Source: Pyrodictium occultum (GTDB lineage Archaea > Thermoproteota > Thermoprotei_A > Sulfolobales > Pyrodictiaceae). From it: a DNA stretch of 32,000 nt. The notes under the pieces are model-generated. The model was given only the letters and a program-made list of their open reading frames with translations. It had not been told where the DNA came from and did not search any database. Of this stretch, positions 1 to 9,062 are shown in pieces. Each line of letters begins with the position of its first letter. Position 1 is the stretch's first letter. Both the position numbers and the translations under genes were made by a program. Location: positions 1,260,001 to 1,292,000 of the forward strand of contig NZ_LNTB01000001.1 in the NCBI RefSeq assembly GCF_001462395.1. Direction: 5' to 3'.

Positions 1-10
1 GCTCCTCCTA

Positions 11-3000
11 GTGGAGAGCGCCAGCACCGGCGAGGTCTGCAGCGCCCGGGCGAGCCTTAATGGCTACGCGGCCGTGAGGGCGGGCAAGCCCGGCGAAGCA
101 TTCAAGGTCTACGCGTTCTACGATGCCGATGGCGACGGGCTCTACGAGTACGTGGGCTCGGGCAGCGTCGGAGCGGCACAGCCTCCCACGGCCATCCAGA
201 AGGTGGAGATCACAGCCAGCCCGGTGATGAAGGCTATAGAGGAAGCTTTTACGGGAGCTAGCTCCACCGAGCTGAAGATGCCCTTCTCGGTGCCCATGGC
301 CCCCATAGGCGGCTACTATGTTGCCCTGATGCCGGGTCTACCGGCCTTCAACACTAGCCTGCCAGACAATCTATTCAAGTACATACTCTACAAGCTTGAC
401 CTCTACGACCTTAGAGGAAAGGTGGTTAAGAGCATACGGGTAATATTGGACTCCCGCGTGGAGTACAACGTGCTTGTGGACGGCAAGACGGTCTACAGCA
501 ACAGCTACAGGGTAAAGCCCCTCAAGCCTGGCGCTGAGCTGGCCGACCTCCCGCCGCTCGTGCTGGCCTTCGCGGGGAAGCTGCAGCTAGCAGCAGGCCT
601 TCGGGGGGAGGAGGCGCTCGGGCTCTCGCCAAGGGGCTGGAGCTACCCCGGCTTCAGACCGCTGCCGGTGACCGTTATAGCGGTGGATGATAGGGGCCTC
701 AGCGGTATCGGCCTCTACGTCTCGGTTAACGGCGGCGACTGGGTGAGGCTGGGCCTAAGCGATTACCCCGGCACCTCCGCCCTGCTCGCCGGGATGCGGA
801 GGCAGTGCGGCAGCCTAGTGTTCCTGGTCAACAAGTTCCTCGAGGGGTTCAGCAGCATCCTGGCCCCTTTGGCCAGGGGCTCCCCCTACACCACATGCCC
901 CGACGTGAAGGCCATGTATGGGGAGATACCTGGCCAGCCCCCCGGCAGCTACGTGCTCTTCAGGGCGGAGGCGAGCGACGAGAGCCACAAGGGCCTCAAC
1001 TCTGTCACGAGCCCCGCAGGCCTCTACTACGTCTACAACAGCGACTCGGATAAGACCGTGCTGGTAGTGGACCCCAGCGTGCCGCTCTGGCTGGCCAAGT
1101 ATAACGCGGCCCGGCTCGCCTTGCTCGCCGGGAGCAGCCTGGCCAGGGGCCTCCCCTTCCTCTCCGCCTATCTCGAGGAGGCCCTCAGCCTGCTTAACGC
1201 CTCCAGCCGGCTCGCGCCGCTGCTGGTGTTCCACCACTGGGAATACGTGGGCGCCAGGTACCGCCTCGTAGTGGTTACGAGCATCGACGAGCTGCCCGAG
1301 GCGCTAGACGAGTACAAGCCGGACGCAATTATCCTGAGCAACCTGTGGCCAGGCCTCAGCGCCACGGGCTCCAGCGTTCTCGACTGGGATCTCCGCGACC
1401 ACCCTAGGGCGTGGAGAGCCCTCGTCAACTACATCGAGGAGAACCACGCCGGCCTCATAGCCACGCATGCGACCCTCAGCGACCTGGTAGTCTGGCTCGG
1501 GGACGGCAGGAGGGTCAAGGTGATGGCCCGGGGCCATGCAGGCTACACTCTAAGCGACTCGCTGGACTCGGGCTCGCTGGCGGCCATGCTGGGCCTCCGC
1601 CTCATCCCGGTCTACGAGCAGCTCCGCGACACGGTGGCCGAGACCCTGCTCCAGTACGGCTCCGGGGACTCATTGCTGGCGGCACTGGGCCTGCTCCTGG
1701 GCTCTACGCCGCTTCTCTACCCGTGGGTGCCCTGGGACGGCAGGCTTGTGGCCACCGACGCGGCCAAGCAGATGGGCTGGAGAGTACCAGACGAGCCCGT
1801 GGTGGTGCCTAACCCGTATATGGAGGCCAATGCTAGCATTAAGGCATACACCCTTGTGGGCTGGCAGCTCGGCCTCCCTCAGGCCGGCGGCTGGACGGTG
1901 CTGAAGCTCCTGCCCAGGCTGGTGGGGGAGTCGAGGGCCTACTACCAGCTGCTCGACAGCCTGGTGGCCAACATTACGGGGCGCATGGCGCCGGCCTGGA
2001 GGGGCGTAGAGGACGCCGCCTCGAGGGGGCTGCCCCTGCTCCGCAGCGCCCTGGCCAACACTAGCATCGTGGACGGGGAGGCTAGGATAGCATTGAGGCT
2101 CCGGGCGGCCTCCAAGACGCTACAGCTGGGCCTCCCGGCGGGCCTCGGCGGGGAGCTCGCCGAGCAGCTGCTCCCCTCCCCTCCGGCGAGCCTGGTGGCG
2201 GTCTCCCCCGACGGCCTGGCCGGGATAGTGGCGTACGACCGCTACCGGGACCGGGAGCACTGGTACCGCTCCGTGTACTTCAGCTTCGAGGTAGAGGCCG
2301 GCTCCAACGATGCTGCCAGGACCCTGCTGCTCGAGGCCCTCGACTGGGCCATGAAGCCGAGGCGGCCGGGCGCGGGGGAGGAGGTGAAGAGCGCAGCCGA
2401 GGAGATCCTAGGAGAGCTCGAGAAGTACGTGAAGGGCATCGACTCCAGTGCCGGCCTCGTGGCGAGCAACTTCATCCTGGCCTCGCCGGGCGGCAGCACG
2501 CTAGACTATACGCTAGGCCCCGGCACCTACTACATAGCAGTGAAGAGCAGTGGGGGCGTGGAGGTAGAGCTAGAGGGCGCCGCCACGGCCCGGGTAGAGC
2601 AGCCCGCGGCTGGCGTCAAGATACTGACTGTAGAGGCCAAGGAGGAGGCCGGGGCCAGGCTGGTGATCCGAGGCAGCCCCGGCCCCGTGGCGGTGGCCCT
2701 CTACCGCGCGGGGACGGCGGCCAAGGCAGGCAGCGGCTCCAGGCAGCCGGCCGGCCCGTCAAAGCCCCTCGCCCGCGGCAGCATCTCCGTGTCCTACACC
2801 CTCTACAGCGACCACGCGGAGCTGGTCTACAGCGTAAAGCCCGGCACCTACTACATACTCGTGGAGGGCCCACCAGGCGCCAGGATCAAGGTCTCCGGCG
2901 CCCCGGCCAGCGACTACGGCGAGATCCTGCCAGGGCTCCGCGTGCTGGCAGTCGAGGCGCCGGCCGCAGCCAGGATAGAGCTCGCCGTCGCGGGCCCGCC

Positions 3001-3103
3001 GGGGTCCACGCTCTCGGTCACCCTGGTAGGCCTGGAGGCCGGGCCCGCCGGGGCGGTGGCGACGCTCACAGTAACCCTGAGCCTAGCGTACTACCCAGGC
3101 TAG
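11..3103 (+). CDS. Large secreted/cell-surface protein with two C-terminal PPC-like beta-sandwich repeats. The reading frame is open to the window edge, so it is probably 5'-truncated.
   Basis: 1030-aa ORF with coding-like composition. No stop lies upstream in frame (codons at 2-10 are open). N-x-S/T sequons are present (NTS, NAS, NIT). The peptide PGTYYI(A/L)V occurs twice in similar ~100-aa C-terminal modules, with an 18-nt identical DNA repeat at 2519-2536 and 2840-2857. A T5 tract follows the stop. Confidence 0.7.
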   Translation: MESASTGEVCSARASLNGYAAVRAGKPGEAFKVYAFYDADGDGLYEYVGSGSVGAAQPPTAIQKVEITASPVMKAIEEAFTGASSTELKMPFSVPMAPIGGYYVALMPGLPAFNTSLPDNLFKYILYKLDLYDLRGKVVKSIRVILDSRVEYNVLVDGKTVYSNSYRVKPLKPGAELADLPPLVLAFAGKLQLAAGLRGEEALGLSPRGWSYPGFRPLPVTVIAVDDRGLSGIGLYVSVNGGDWVRLGLSDYPGTSALLAGMRRQCGSLVFLVNKFLEGFSSILAPLARGSPYTTCPDVKAMYGEIPGQPPGSYVLFRAEASDESHKGLNSVTSPAGLYYVYNSDSDKTVLVVDPSVPLWLAKYNAARLALLAGSSLARGLPFLSAYLEEALSLLNASSRLAPLLVFHHWEYVGARYRLVVVTSIDELPEALDEYKPDAIILSNLWPGLSATGSSVLDWDLRDHPRAWRALVNYIEENHAGLIATHATLSDLVVWLGDGRRVKVMARGHAGYTLSDSLDSGSLAAMLGLRLIPVYEQLRDTVAETLLQYGSGDSLLAALGLLLGSTPLLYPWVPWDGRLVATDAAKQMGWRVPDEPVVVPNPYMEANASIKAYTLVGWQLGLPQAGGWTVLKLLPRLVGESRAYYQLLDSLVANITGRMAPAWRGVEDAASRGLPLLRSALANTSIVDGEARIALRLRAASKTLQLGLPAGLGGELAEQLLPSPPASLVAVSPDGLAGIVAYDRYRDREHWYRSVYFSFEVEAGSNDAARTLLLEALDWAMKPRRPGAGEEVKSAAEEILGELEKYVKGIDSSAGLVASNFILASPGGSTLDYTLGPGTYYIAVKSSGGVEVELEGAATARVEQPAAGVKILTVEAKEEAGARLVIRGSPGPVAVALYRAGTAAKAGSGSRQPAGPSKPLARGSISVSYTLYSDHAELVYSVKPGTYYILVEGPPGARIKVSGAPASDYGEILPGLRVLAVEAPAAARIELAVAGPPGSTLSVTLVGLEAGPAGAVATLTVTLSLAYYPG

Positions 3104-3122
3104 CCCCAACCCTGCCGGGACC

Positions 3123-3132
3123 TTTTTCCCTC
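3123..3132 (+). terminator. Oligo-T archaeal terminator candidate (TTTTTCCCTC)
   Basis: A T5 run lies 20 nt after the stop at 3103, in the gap between convergent genes. The same 10-mer recurs at 24733-24742 after another secreted-protein gene. Confidence 0.5.
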
Positions 3133-3179
3133 CCCGGCGTCAGGGCCTGGGGCTGCTGCCCGCCAGCCCGCCCCAGGCT

Positions 3180-4064
3180 CTACGGGCGTGGGCCGGCCTC
3201 CCCGCCGGGGCATGGCAGTATCCTCGCGGTCAGAGCCTCCCCCGCGCCTAGCGCCGCCGCCAGGGGCTCTAGGAGCCTCTCCGCCTCGCCCCTGGAGCCG
3301 GCCACTATGTAGGCGGCGGGCCCCTTGCCCGAGACTCCTACTGCGAGCGCGCCCTCCTCCCCTAGAAGGCCTAGGAGCCTCCCCGGCTCGCCCCCTGTGG
3401 CCAGCATGGTTGCGGCGCCGTTAACGGTGGCTGCTGAGAGCCAGTCGCCGCTCTCGAGCAGCCTCCAGGCAGCCATGTAGAGCCTCCTGTACTTCGCGAA
3501 GCTGCCCGGGTCTATGCTCCTTATGCTCCTCCTCCCCGGCACCACTACTGCAGCGTAGCCGCTCACCCTCGGCATCCTGGCGACTATGGCCTGCCTGGTG
3601 TTGTCGGTGGCGTAGCCCCCGCAGCCGCTGACCGCTAGATGGTCGTCCAGCGCCCCGGTCACGGTGAGCCCTGCCCGCCTCGCAGCCTCAACCCCCAGCC
3701 TAGCCAGCTCCTCCACCCCCACGCTCACGCCGTGGAGCCTCAGCACGGCCTCGAGGAGCGCGTTCACCAGGGCGCTGCTCCCCTTCAACCCGGCCTCCAG
3801 GGGGATATCGGAGGAGCCGCGGGCGCACACGGGGCCGGGGCTGCGGCCCAGGAGCCCGGCGGCCGCCTCGGAGACGGACTCCAGTATAGCCGGGTGTATC
3901 TCGACCCTCTCGCCCCTCGTGACCGTGTAGCCCCTGGGGCTGCTGCACCTCCACACCTCGACCTCGACCCAGAGGTCGAGGGCCGCGGCGGCCCCCAGGC
4001 CGCCGGTGCCTATAGCGTTCACCAGCCCCAGCGCGGCGTGGGCCCTGCTCCGTGAGCGCTCCAA
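3180..4064 (-). CDS. aroK: Shikimate kinase, archaeal GHMP-kinase type
   Basis: 294 aa with a TTG start. The N-terminus reads LVNAIGTGGLGAAAALDL, and a GHMP phosphate-binding-like motif (GLKGSSALVNALL) is present. It sits divergent to aroA. Confidence 0.85.
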   Translation of the reverse strand: MERSRSRAHAALGLVNAIGTGGLGAAAALDLWVEVEVWRCSSPRGYTVTRGERVEIHPAILESVSEAAAGLLGRSPGPVCARGSSDIPLEAGLKGSSALVNALLEAVLRLHGVSVGVEELARLGVEAARRAGLTVTGALDDHLAVSGCGGYATDNTRQAIVARMPRVSGYAAVVVPGRRSIRSIDPGSFAKYRRLYMAAWRLLESGDWLSAATVNGAATMLATGGEPGRLLGLLGEEGALAVGVSGKGPAAYIVAGSRGEAERLLEPLAAALGAGEALTARILPCPGGEAGPRP

Positions 4065-4168
4065 GGCCCCTGCCAGCCCTCCTCGTGTGGGAGCCGGGTG
4101 GGCAAGGGTTTATCCCCTAGAGGGCCCCCGGGCTCCCCGGGCCTGAGGGGACGACAGGTCTGGGCGCT

Positions 4169-5473
4169 ATGCACAGCCACTGGCTCCCCAGGCGCATCAT
4201 TGTCTCGCCGGGCCCGGTGGAGGGGCGGGCCGACGCCCCTCCATCGAAGAGCTACACCCACCGGGCCCTGCTGGCGGCCCTCCTCGCCGGGGGCGTGTCC
4301 CTGGTGGAGAACCCGCTCTGGAGCGGCGACACGCTCGCCACCCTGGAGGCGGTGGAGAGGCTCGGCGCCAGCGTTGAGAGCCGGGGGCGCGTCGCCAGGC
4401 TCAGCTCTCCCGGCGCCGCGGGCCTCTCCTGGACGCCCTGCATAGACGCGGCGGAGTCCGGCACCACTATGAGGCTCGTCACCGCGGTGGCCTCGCTGCT
4501 CGACAGGCCGGTCCTCGTCTACGGGAGGGGGAGGCTCCACCGGAGGCCGGTCCGGCCCCTCCTTGAGGCGCTGGCGGGGCTCGGCGTCCGCTACCTCGCC
4601 TCCGGCTGCTGTCCTCCCCACTCAGTCCAGGGCCCGGCCCAGAGCGGCTCCACGAAGGTGGATGCATGGGGGAGCAGCCAGTACCTCTCGGCGCTCCTCA
4701 TCCTCGGCGCCGGGCTCCCCGGGGGCCTCGAGGTGAGCGTTGAGAGGCTCGAGTCCAGGCCCTATGTGGACGTGACTGTGAGGGTTCTGGAGGCGTTCGG
4801 CGCCAGGGTGGAGAGGAGCGGCTACTCCTGGTTCCGCGTGGCCGGCGGGCTCCGGGCCACCCGGTACCGGGTCCCGGGCGACTGGAGCAGCGCCGCCCCC
4901 CTCCTCGCCGCGGGCGCGCTCGCCGGCCGGGTGGGCGTCGCGGGCCTCGACCCGGGGGACCCGCAGCCAGACAGGGCGGTGGTGGAGGTGCTCCGGGAGG
5001 CGGGCGCCCGGGTGCGGGTCTCCGGCTCCCTGGTGGAGGCGGAGTCTACGGGGAGGCTCGAGGCCTTCACAGCCTGTATCCGGGACAGCCCCGACCTGGC
5101 ACCCCTGCTGGCTGCCCTCGCCGCCCCGGCCTGCGGCGTCTCCAGGATATGCTGCGCCGACCGCCTGAGGCTCAAGGAGAGTGACCGGGTGGAGGCGGTG
5201 CTGGACCTCCTCCACCGCTCCCGCGTCGAGGCCAGGCTCGCCGAGGAGCCCGGCATGGGCCTCTGCATAGAGGTGAGGGGCCGCTGCGGCAGGCTGCCCG
5301 GGGGCGTAGCCTACAGCAGCCACGGGGACCACAGGGTAGCAATGGCGGCGGCGCTGATGGGCCTCGCCTCGGAGAAACCGGTGGTGGTCGAGCCGGCCGA
5401 CGTGGTTGCCAAGTCGTACCCGGGCTTCTGGGAGGCCCTCCGCGGCCTGGGCGTGGCGCTGGCGGAGGGCTGA
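4169..5473 (+). CDS. aroA: 3-phosphoshikimate 1-carboxyvinyltransferase (EPSP synthase)
   Basis: 434 aa with an ATG start. It carries the N-terminal signature PPSKSYTHRALLAALLA and has the length and two-domain pattern typical of AroA. Confidence 0.93.
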   Translation: MHSHWLPRRIIVSPGPVEGRADAPPSKSYTHRALLAALLAGGVSLVENPLWSGDTLATLEAVERLGASVESRGRVARLSSPGAAGLSWTPCIDAAESGTTMRLVTAVASLLDRPVLVYGRGRLHRRPVRPLLEALAGLGVRYLASGCCPPHSVQGPAQSGSTKVDAWGSSQYLSALLILGAGLPGGLEVSVERLESRPYVDVTVRVLEAFGARVERSGYSWFRVAGGLRATRYRVPGDWSSAAPLLAAGALAGRVGVAGLDPGDPQPDRAVVEVLREAGARVRVSGSLVEAESTGRLEAFTACIRDSPDLAPLLAALAAPACGVSRICCADRLRLKESDRVEAVLDLLHRSRVEARLAEEPGMGLCIEVRGRCGRLPGGVAYSSHGDHRVAMAAALMGLASEKPVVVEPADVVAKSYPGFWEALRGLGVALAEG

Positions 5474-5531
5474 ACCCTCCCCTCGGGGACCACGCCGCCG
5501 GGGTGCAGCAGAGGCCTTGCCTCTGGGCAGG

Positions 5532-6755
5532 ATGCTCCGCCTAACCATATTCGGGGAGAGCCACGGCTGCTGCATAGGCGCAGTGCTCGAGGGCGTGCCG
5601 CCGGGCATACCGGTCTCCAGCGAGGAGATAGACAGGGAGCTGGCCCTCCGCCGGCCCGGGAGACGGTTCACCACCCCGAGGAGGGAGGAGGACCGGGTCG
5701 AGATACTCTCCGGCGTATACATGGGCCACACGACCGGAGCACCCCTGGCGATGATAATACGCAACCGGGACGTGGACAGCAGCTTCTACGAGCAGGTCGT
5801 CCGCCACCGCCCCCGCCCGGGCCACGCCGACCTAACCGCGAGGCTCCGCAGCATGGGGTTCAACGACTACCGCGGCGGGGGCCCGTTCTCCGGCAGGCTC
5901 ACGGCGGCAGTGGTAGCCGCCGGAGCAGTGGCCAAGAAGATAGCGGGGCTCCACGGTGTAGAGTTCTACGCCTACCTCCGGGGCCTCGGGCACGCCGAGT
6001 GCCCCGAGCCACGGGAGCTCATGGAGCGGGGCTCCGAGGCGCTCGAGGAGCTGAGAAGGGAGAGGAACCGGAGCCCCTTCTTCTGCCACGACCCCGACGC
6101 CTCCAAGAGGATGGAGGAGGCCCTGGTGGAGGCGGTCAAGGCCGGCGACAGCCTCGGAGGCCTCGTGGAGGTCTGGATCCTCGGCACGCCGCCAGGCCTC
6201 GGCGAGCCCCCCTTCGACACCCTTGACGGCGACCTGGCGAAGGCCTTCTTCGCCATACCGGGCGCCAGGGGCTTCGAGATAGGCCTCGGGATGAAGGCTG
6301 CCAGGATGAGGGGCTCGGAGGCGACAGACGAGCTCACACTGGGCCCCGGCGGCGAGCCGCTCCCCACCCCGGGCCACAGCGGGGGAGTGCTTGGAGGCCT
6401 CTCCGCCGGCGCCCCGATAGTGGCCAGGGTTGCTTTCAAGCCCACCTCGACGATAAGGAGGCCGCTGAGAACCATAGACTGGCGCGGCCTGGATGAGGCA
6501 GTCATAACCGGCAGAGGCCGCCACGACCCTGCCATAGCGGTCCGCGCCGTCCCCGTAGTGGAGGCCATGGCGGCCCTGGTGGTGGCCGACCACCTGCTCC
6601 GCTGGCTCCCCTGGAGGCTGGAGCACTACCACCGGCTCGAGAGAGGCCTTCTAGCCGCCTTCCCCCCTCCCCCTGGGAGGCCGGACAAGGAGGTAAAAGA
6701 GGAGCACCAGAGGGCCCCCCAGGAGCGTGGCGAGGGCCCAGATGAGGGGGGCTAG
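5532..6755 (+). CDS. aroC: Chorismate synthase, with a ~50-aa non-conserved C-terminal run-on
   Basis: The internal ATG at 5532 gives MLRLTIFGESHGCCIGAVLEGVPPG, a classic AroC N-terminus. The track ORF start at 5406 would add an Arg/Pro-rich artefactual extension. Conserved sequence ends near VADHLLR, and the tail is antisense to the 6651-6869 gene. Confidence 0.92.
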   Translation: MLRLTIFGESHGCCIGAVLEGVPPGIPVSSEEIDRELALRRPGRRFTTPRREEDRVEILSGVYMGHTTGAPLAMIIRNRDVDSSFYEQVVRHRPRPGHADLTARLRSMGFNDYRGGGPFSGRLTAAVVAAGAVAKKIAGLHGVEFYAYLRGLGHAECPEPRELMERGSEALEELRRERNRSPFFCHDPDASKRMEEALVEAVKAGDSLGGLVEVWILGTPPGLGEPPFDTLDGDLAKAFFAIPGARGFEIGLGMKAARMRGSEATDELTLGPGGEPLPTPGHSGGVLGGLSAGAPIVARVAFKPTSTIRRPLRTIDWRGLDEAVITGRGRHDPAIAVRAVPVVEAMAALVVADHLLRWLPWRLEHYHRLERGLLAAFPPPPGRPDKEVKEEHQRAPQERGEGPDEGG

Positions 6756-6869
6756 GCTGCCCCTGGGATACCGGAGCGAGGCGTCACGGTAGACGTAGAC
6801 CGTCACCGCCAGCCAGGCAGCCAGTAGGAGGGCTGCCAGAAGCAGCCCCAAAGGCCCGGCCACGACCAT
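6651..6869 (-). CDS. Small two-TM membrane protein, PLDc_N-like (PLD nuclease N-terminal domain family)
   Basis: MVVAGPLGLLLAALLLAAWLAVTVYVYRDASLRYPRG..PLIWALATLLGGPLVLLFYLLVRP matches the pattern hydrophobic helix, VYxDA, basic loop, W..(L/V)..GP.G...Y from memory. The start could be 6869 or 6881. The upstream Met codons at 6929 and 6914 look like extension. Confidence 0.6.
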   Translation of the reverse strand: MVVAGPLGLLLAALLLAAWLAVTVYVYRDASLRYPRGSLAPLIWALATLLGGPLVLLFYLLVRPPRGRGEGG

Positions 6870-7028
6870 GTGTATGCTCATGCAGTGCGGCGTCAAGCAG
6901 CCCCGCAAACCCATGGCAGCCCCTGCCACCGGCCGGTCTATAGGCCCCAGGGGGCCTCTTACAAGCCCTCCCCCGCTCTCCCGCGGAGCCCCCGGGAGGC
7001 CCCCGGTCGGCGTGGAAAAGGCAGCGGG

Positions 7029-8084
7029 CTACCCCCGAGGCTCGAGGCCGCTGTCGGTGCTGGCCGCCAGCCCCTCCAGCGCCTCCCTGAGGGCCTTGAG
7101 CACTTCCCCGGTGTAGGGGTTCAGCCGGCGTATCTCCTCGACCACCCCGCGCAGCCTCTCCAGCCTCGCCGCCACCCTCTCCGTGGAGCGGAGGCTATGC
7201 GTCACCAGCTCCTTCCTCTTGTCCGTGGGGATGTCCAGCCTCTCCTCGAGCAGCCTCGCGGCCTCACGGTAGAGGTCGTAGACAAGGTGGTGGAGCACCT
7301 GGTTGACGGCCATCACTTTGTCGTGCTCCTCGGCGCTGAGGTACGCTGGGGAGAGTCCCAGCCCGGCCAGCAGCCTCTCGAGCCGGGGCCTCCAGCGCTG
7401 GAGCCTGACCGGCACTATGGCTACGGTCTCGCCGGCGGGGCAGTCAAGGGGGCCGAAGAGGGGGTGGAGGCTGGCGTACTCCGGGCCGCCGTCCCCAAGG
7501 AGCCCGGCGATCTCCCTCACCAGCGGGGTCTTCACGGAGGCTATGTCCGCCACCAGCATGCTCTCCCGGAGCATGGGTAGGTGTTCGCGGAGCAGCCCGG
7601 GCACGGCATCGCCGGGCACAGCGTAGACCAGCACGTCGGCCCAGTCCAGCGCCCTCCCGGGCTCCATGTACTTGGCGCCCACGGCGCCGGCGGCCTCCCT
7701 AGCCTTCTCCACGCTCCTCCCGGTGATCGCCACCCAGCAGCCGCCCCTAGCCATGGCGGAGGCGAGGGTCCTGGCCATGCGGCCGTAGCCGTAGAAGGCT
7801 ACGCGCAGCGCCTCGGGGCAGTAGAGCTGCCTGCACCTGGACTCCCTCGCGAGCAGGAAGTAGATCTCCTTCACCAGGTTCTCCGGGACCCCCAGCCTCC
7901 TTGCCTCCTCCACCAGGAGGTTGGCTACCGCTATCTCCCTCGAGGGGTCGTAGACGGGCATACCCTCCCCGCGCTTGACACTGCCCAGCACGTCCGCGAT
8001 GTTGAGCCTCGCCGCCACGAGGCTGACCAGGCTCCTGTCTATGCGGAGCAGGCTGCTTCGCAGCGCCTCAGCAGCCCCCTCCAT
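7029..8084 (-). CDS. tyrA: Bifunctional chorismate mutase (AroQ) / prephenate dehydrogenase
   Basis: 351 aa. The N-terminal ~85 aa are helical and CM-like (LRSSLLRIDRSLVSLVAARLNIADVLGSVK...YDPSREIAV). A Rossmann segment (VAFYGYGRMARTLASAM) and a PDH core (VADIASVK, HPLFGP) follow. Confidence 0.88.
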   Translation of the reverse strand: MEGAAEALRSSLLRIDRSLVSLVAARLNIADVLGSVKRGEGMPVYDPSREIAVANLLVEEARRLGVPENLVKEIYFLLARESRCRQLYCPEALRVAFYGYGRMARTLASAMARGGCWVAITGRSVEKAREAAGAVGAKYMEPGRALDWADVLVYAVPGDAVPGLLREHLPMLRESMLVADIASVKTPLVREIAGLLGDGGPEYASLHPLFGPLDCPAGETVAIVPVRLQRWRPRLERLLAGLGLSPAYLSAEEHDKVMAVNQVLHHLVYDLYREAARLLEERLDIPTDKRKELVTHSLRSTERVAARLERLRGVVEEIRRLNPYTGEVLKALREALEGLAASTDSGLEPRG

Positions 8085-8093
8085 CCCCGGGGC

Positions 8094-9062
8094 TCACCCC
8101 TCCCTCCCCGCGAGCAGCTCCAGCACCCTCCTCGCTATCTGCTCGGCCAGGAGCCCGTGCTCCCGGTAGAGGTCGAGCACGCTCCTCGCGCTGTGCCCGT
8201 AGCCCCTCGCGGCCACCGGGTACACGGGGGCCGGGTAGCGCTGCGCAAGCGCCTCGGCCACGGCGCCGAAGAGCCCTCCCCTCGGCAGGTGCTCCTCAAC
8301 CACGACGACAAGCCCGGTAGCCCTGGCCAGCCTCTCCAACCCCTCCTCGTCCAGCGGCTTAACAGTGTGGAGGTTGGCCACAGCGGCGCTGACGCCCCTC
8401 TCACCGAGCATCCTAGCGGCCTCGAGCACCTGGGCCAGGAGGGGCCCGGCGGAGACCAGCGCCACGTCGCTCCCGTCACGCAGGATCTCGAGCCTCCCGA
8501 GCCTGTACTCGGCCCCGGGGTCGGTAACCAGCGGCGAGTAGTCGCGGCCGACGCGGAAGTAGACCGGGCCCCTCACCTGCTCGTGCACCCTTACCAGAGC
8601 CTTGTAGGCCTGCGGCGGGTCGGCAGGCACCACCACGGTCATGTTGTGGAGCACGCGCATCAACGCTATGTCCTCGAGGCTCTGGTGGCTCGCCCCGTCC
8701 CCGTGGTCGCTGAACCCGCTGTGGGTAGCCACCAGCTTCACGTCGAGCCTCATCCTATCCACGGTGTTCCTTATCTGCTCCCAGGCCCTCATCATGAACA
8801 TGGCGAAGGCGGCGGCGTAGGGCCGCTTCCCGGCCAGCGCGAGCCCGGCGGCGAAGTCCACCAGGTCCTGCTCCGAGATCCCGATGTTCACGAACCTCTC
8901 CGGGAACCTCTCGCCGAACCAGGCGGTCCTCGTGCTCCTCGCGACGTCGGCGGTGACCACTACCACATCTGGATCGGCGTCGCCTAGGTAGAGCAGCGCC
9001 TTGCCCACAGCATCCCTAATGGTGCCGAGGCCACCCGGGCTACTCGGTGAAGCTCCCTGCAT
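8094..9062 (-). CDS. tkt: Transketolase, C-terminal (pyrimidine-binding) subunit
   Basis: IRDAVGKALLYLGDADPDVVVVTADVARSTRT...FPERFVNIGISEQDLV is typical of a split transketolase. The ATG at 9062 is preferred, with an alternative TTG at 9074. It overlaps the 3' end of the N-terminal subunit gene. Confidence 0.9.
   Translation of the reverse strand: MQGASPSSPGGLGTIRDAVGKALLYLGDADPDVVVVTADVARSTRTAWFGERFPERFVNIGISEQDLVDFAAGLALAGKRPYAAAFAMFMMRAWEQIRNTVDRMRLDVKLVATHSGFSDHGDGASHQSLEDIALMRVLHNMTVVVPADPPQAYKALVRVHEQVRGPVYFRVGRDYSPLVTDPGAEYRLGRLEILRDGSDVALVSAGPLLAQVLEAARMLGERGVSAAVANLHTVKPLDEEGLERLARATGLVVVVEEHLPRGGLFGAVAEALAQRYPAPVYPVAARGYGHSARSVLDLYREHGLLAEQIARRVLELLAGREG

Noticed and set aside
222-273. 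GTGATGA (222-228) followed by CTGA (268-271), which looks like a C/D-box sRNA. There is a similar GTGATGA at 26214-26220.
   Set aside because: There are no internal D'/C' boxes at the right spacing, and both lie inside coding sequence in the sense orientation. I judge them chance matches.
5406-5531. N-terminal extensions suggested by the ORF track: aroC from 5406, aroF from 9713, aroB from 10390, trpE from 18245, the coiled-coil gene from 22382, the molybdoenzyme from 29308, and alaX from 13287.
   Set aside because: The extensions are Arg/Pro/Gly-rich or AT-rich promoter sequence, and they overlap upstream genes or promoters. Internal starts give canonical family N-termini, often with an SD-like GGTG/GGAGG upstream.
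4622-5764. 380-aa minus-strand ORF antisense to aroA/aroC. Similar long alternate-frame ORFs occur at 7581-8987 (+), 5832-6632 (-), 16822-17523 (-), 18953-19669 (-), 9857-10474 (-), 4019-4621 (-) and elsewhere.
   Set aside because: They have Arg/Pro/Gly/Ala-dominated, low-complexity composition, no recognisable motifs, and complete overlap with confidently identified genes. They are the expected product of stop-codon scarcity in a ~67% GC genome.
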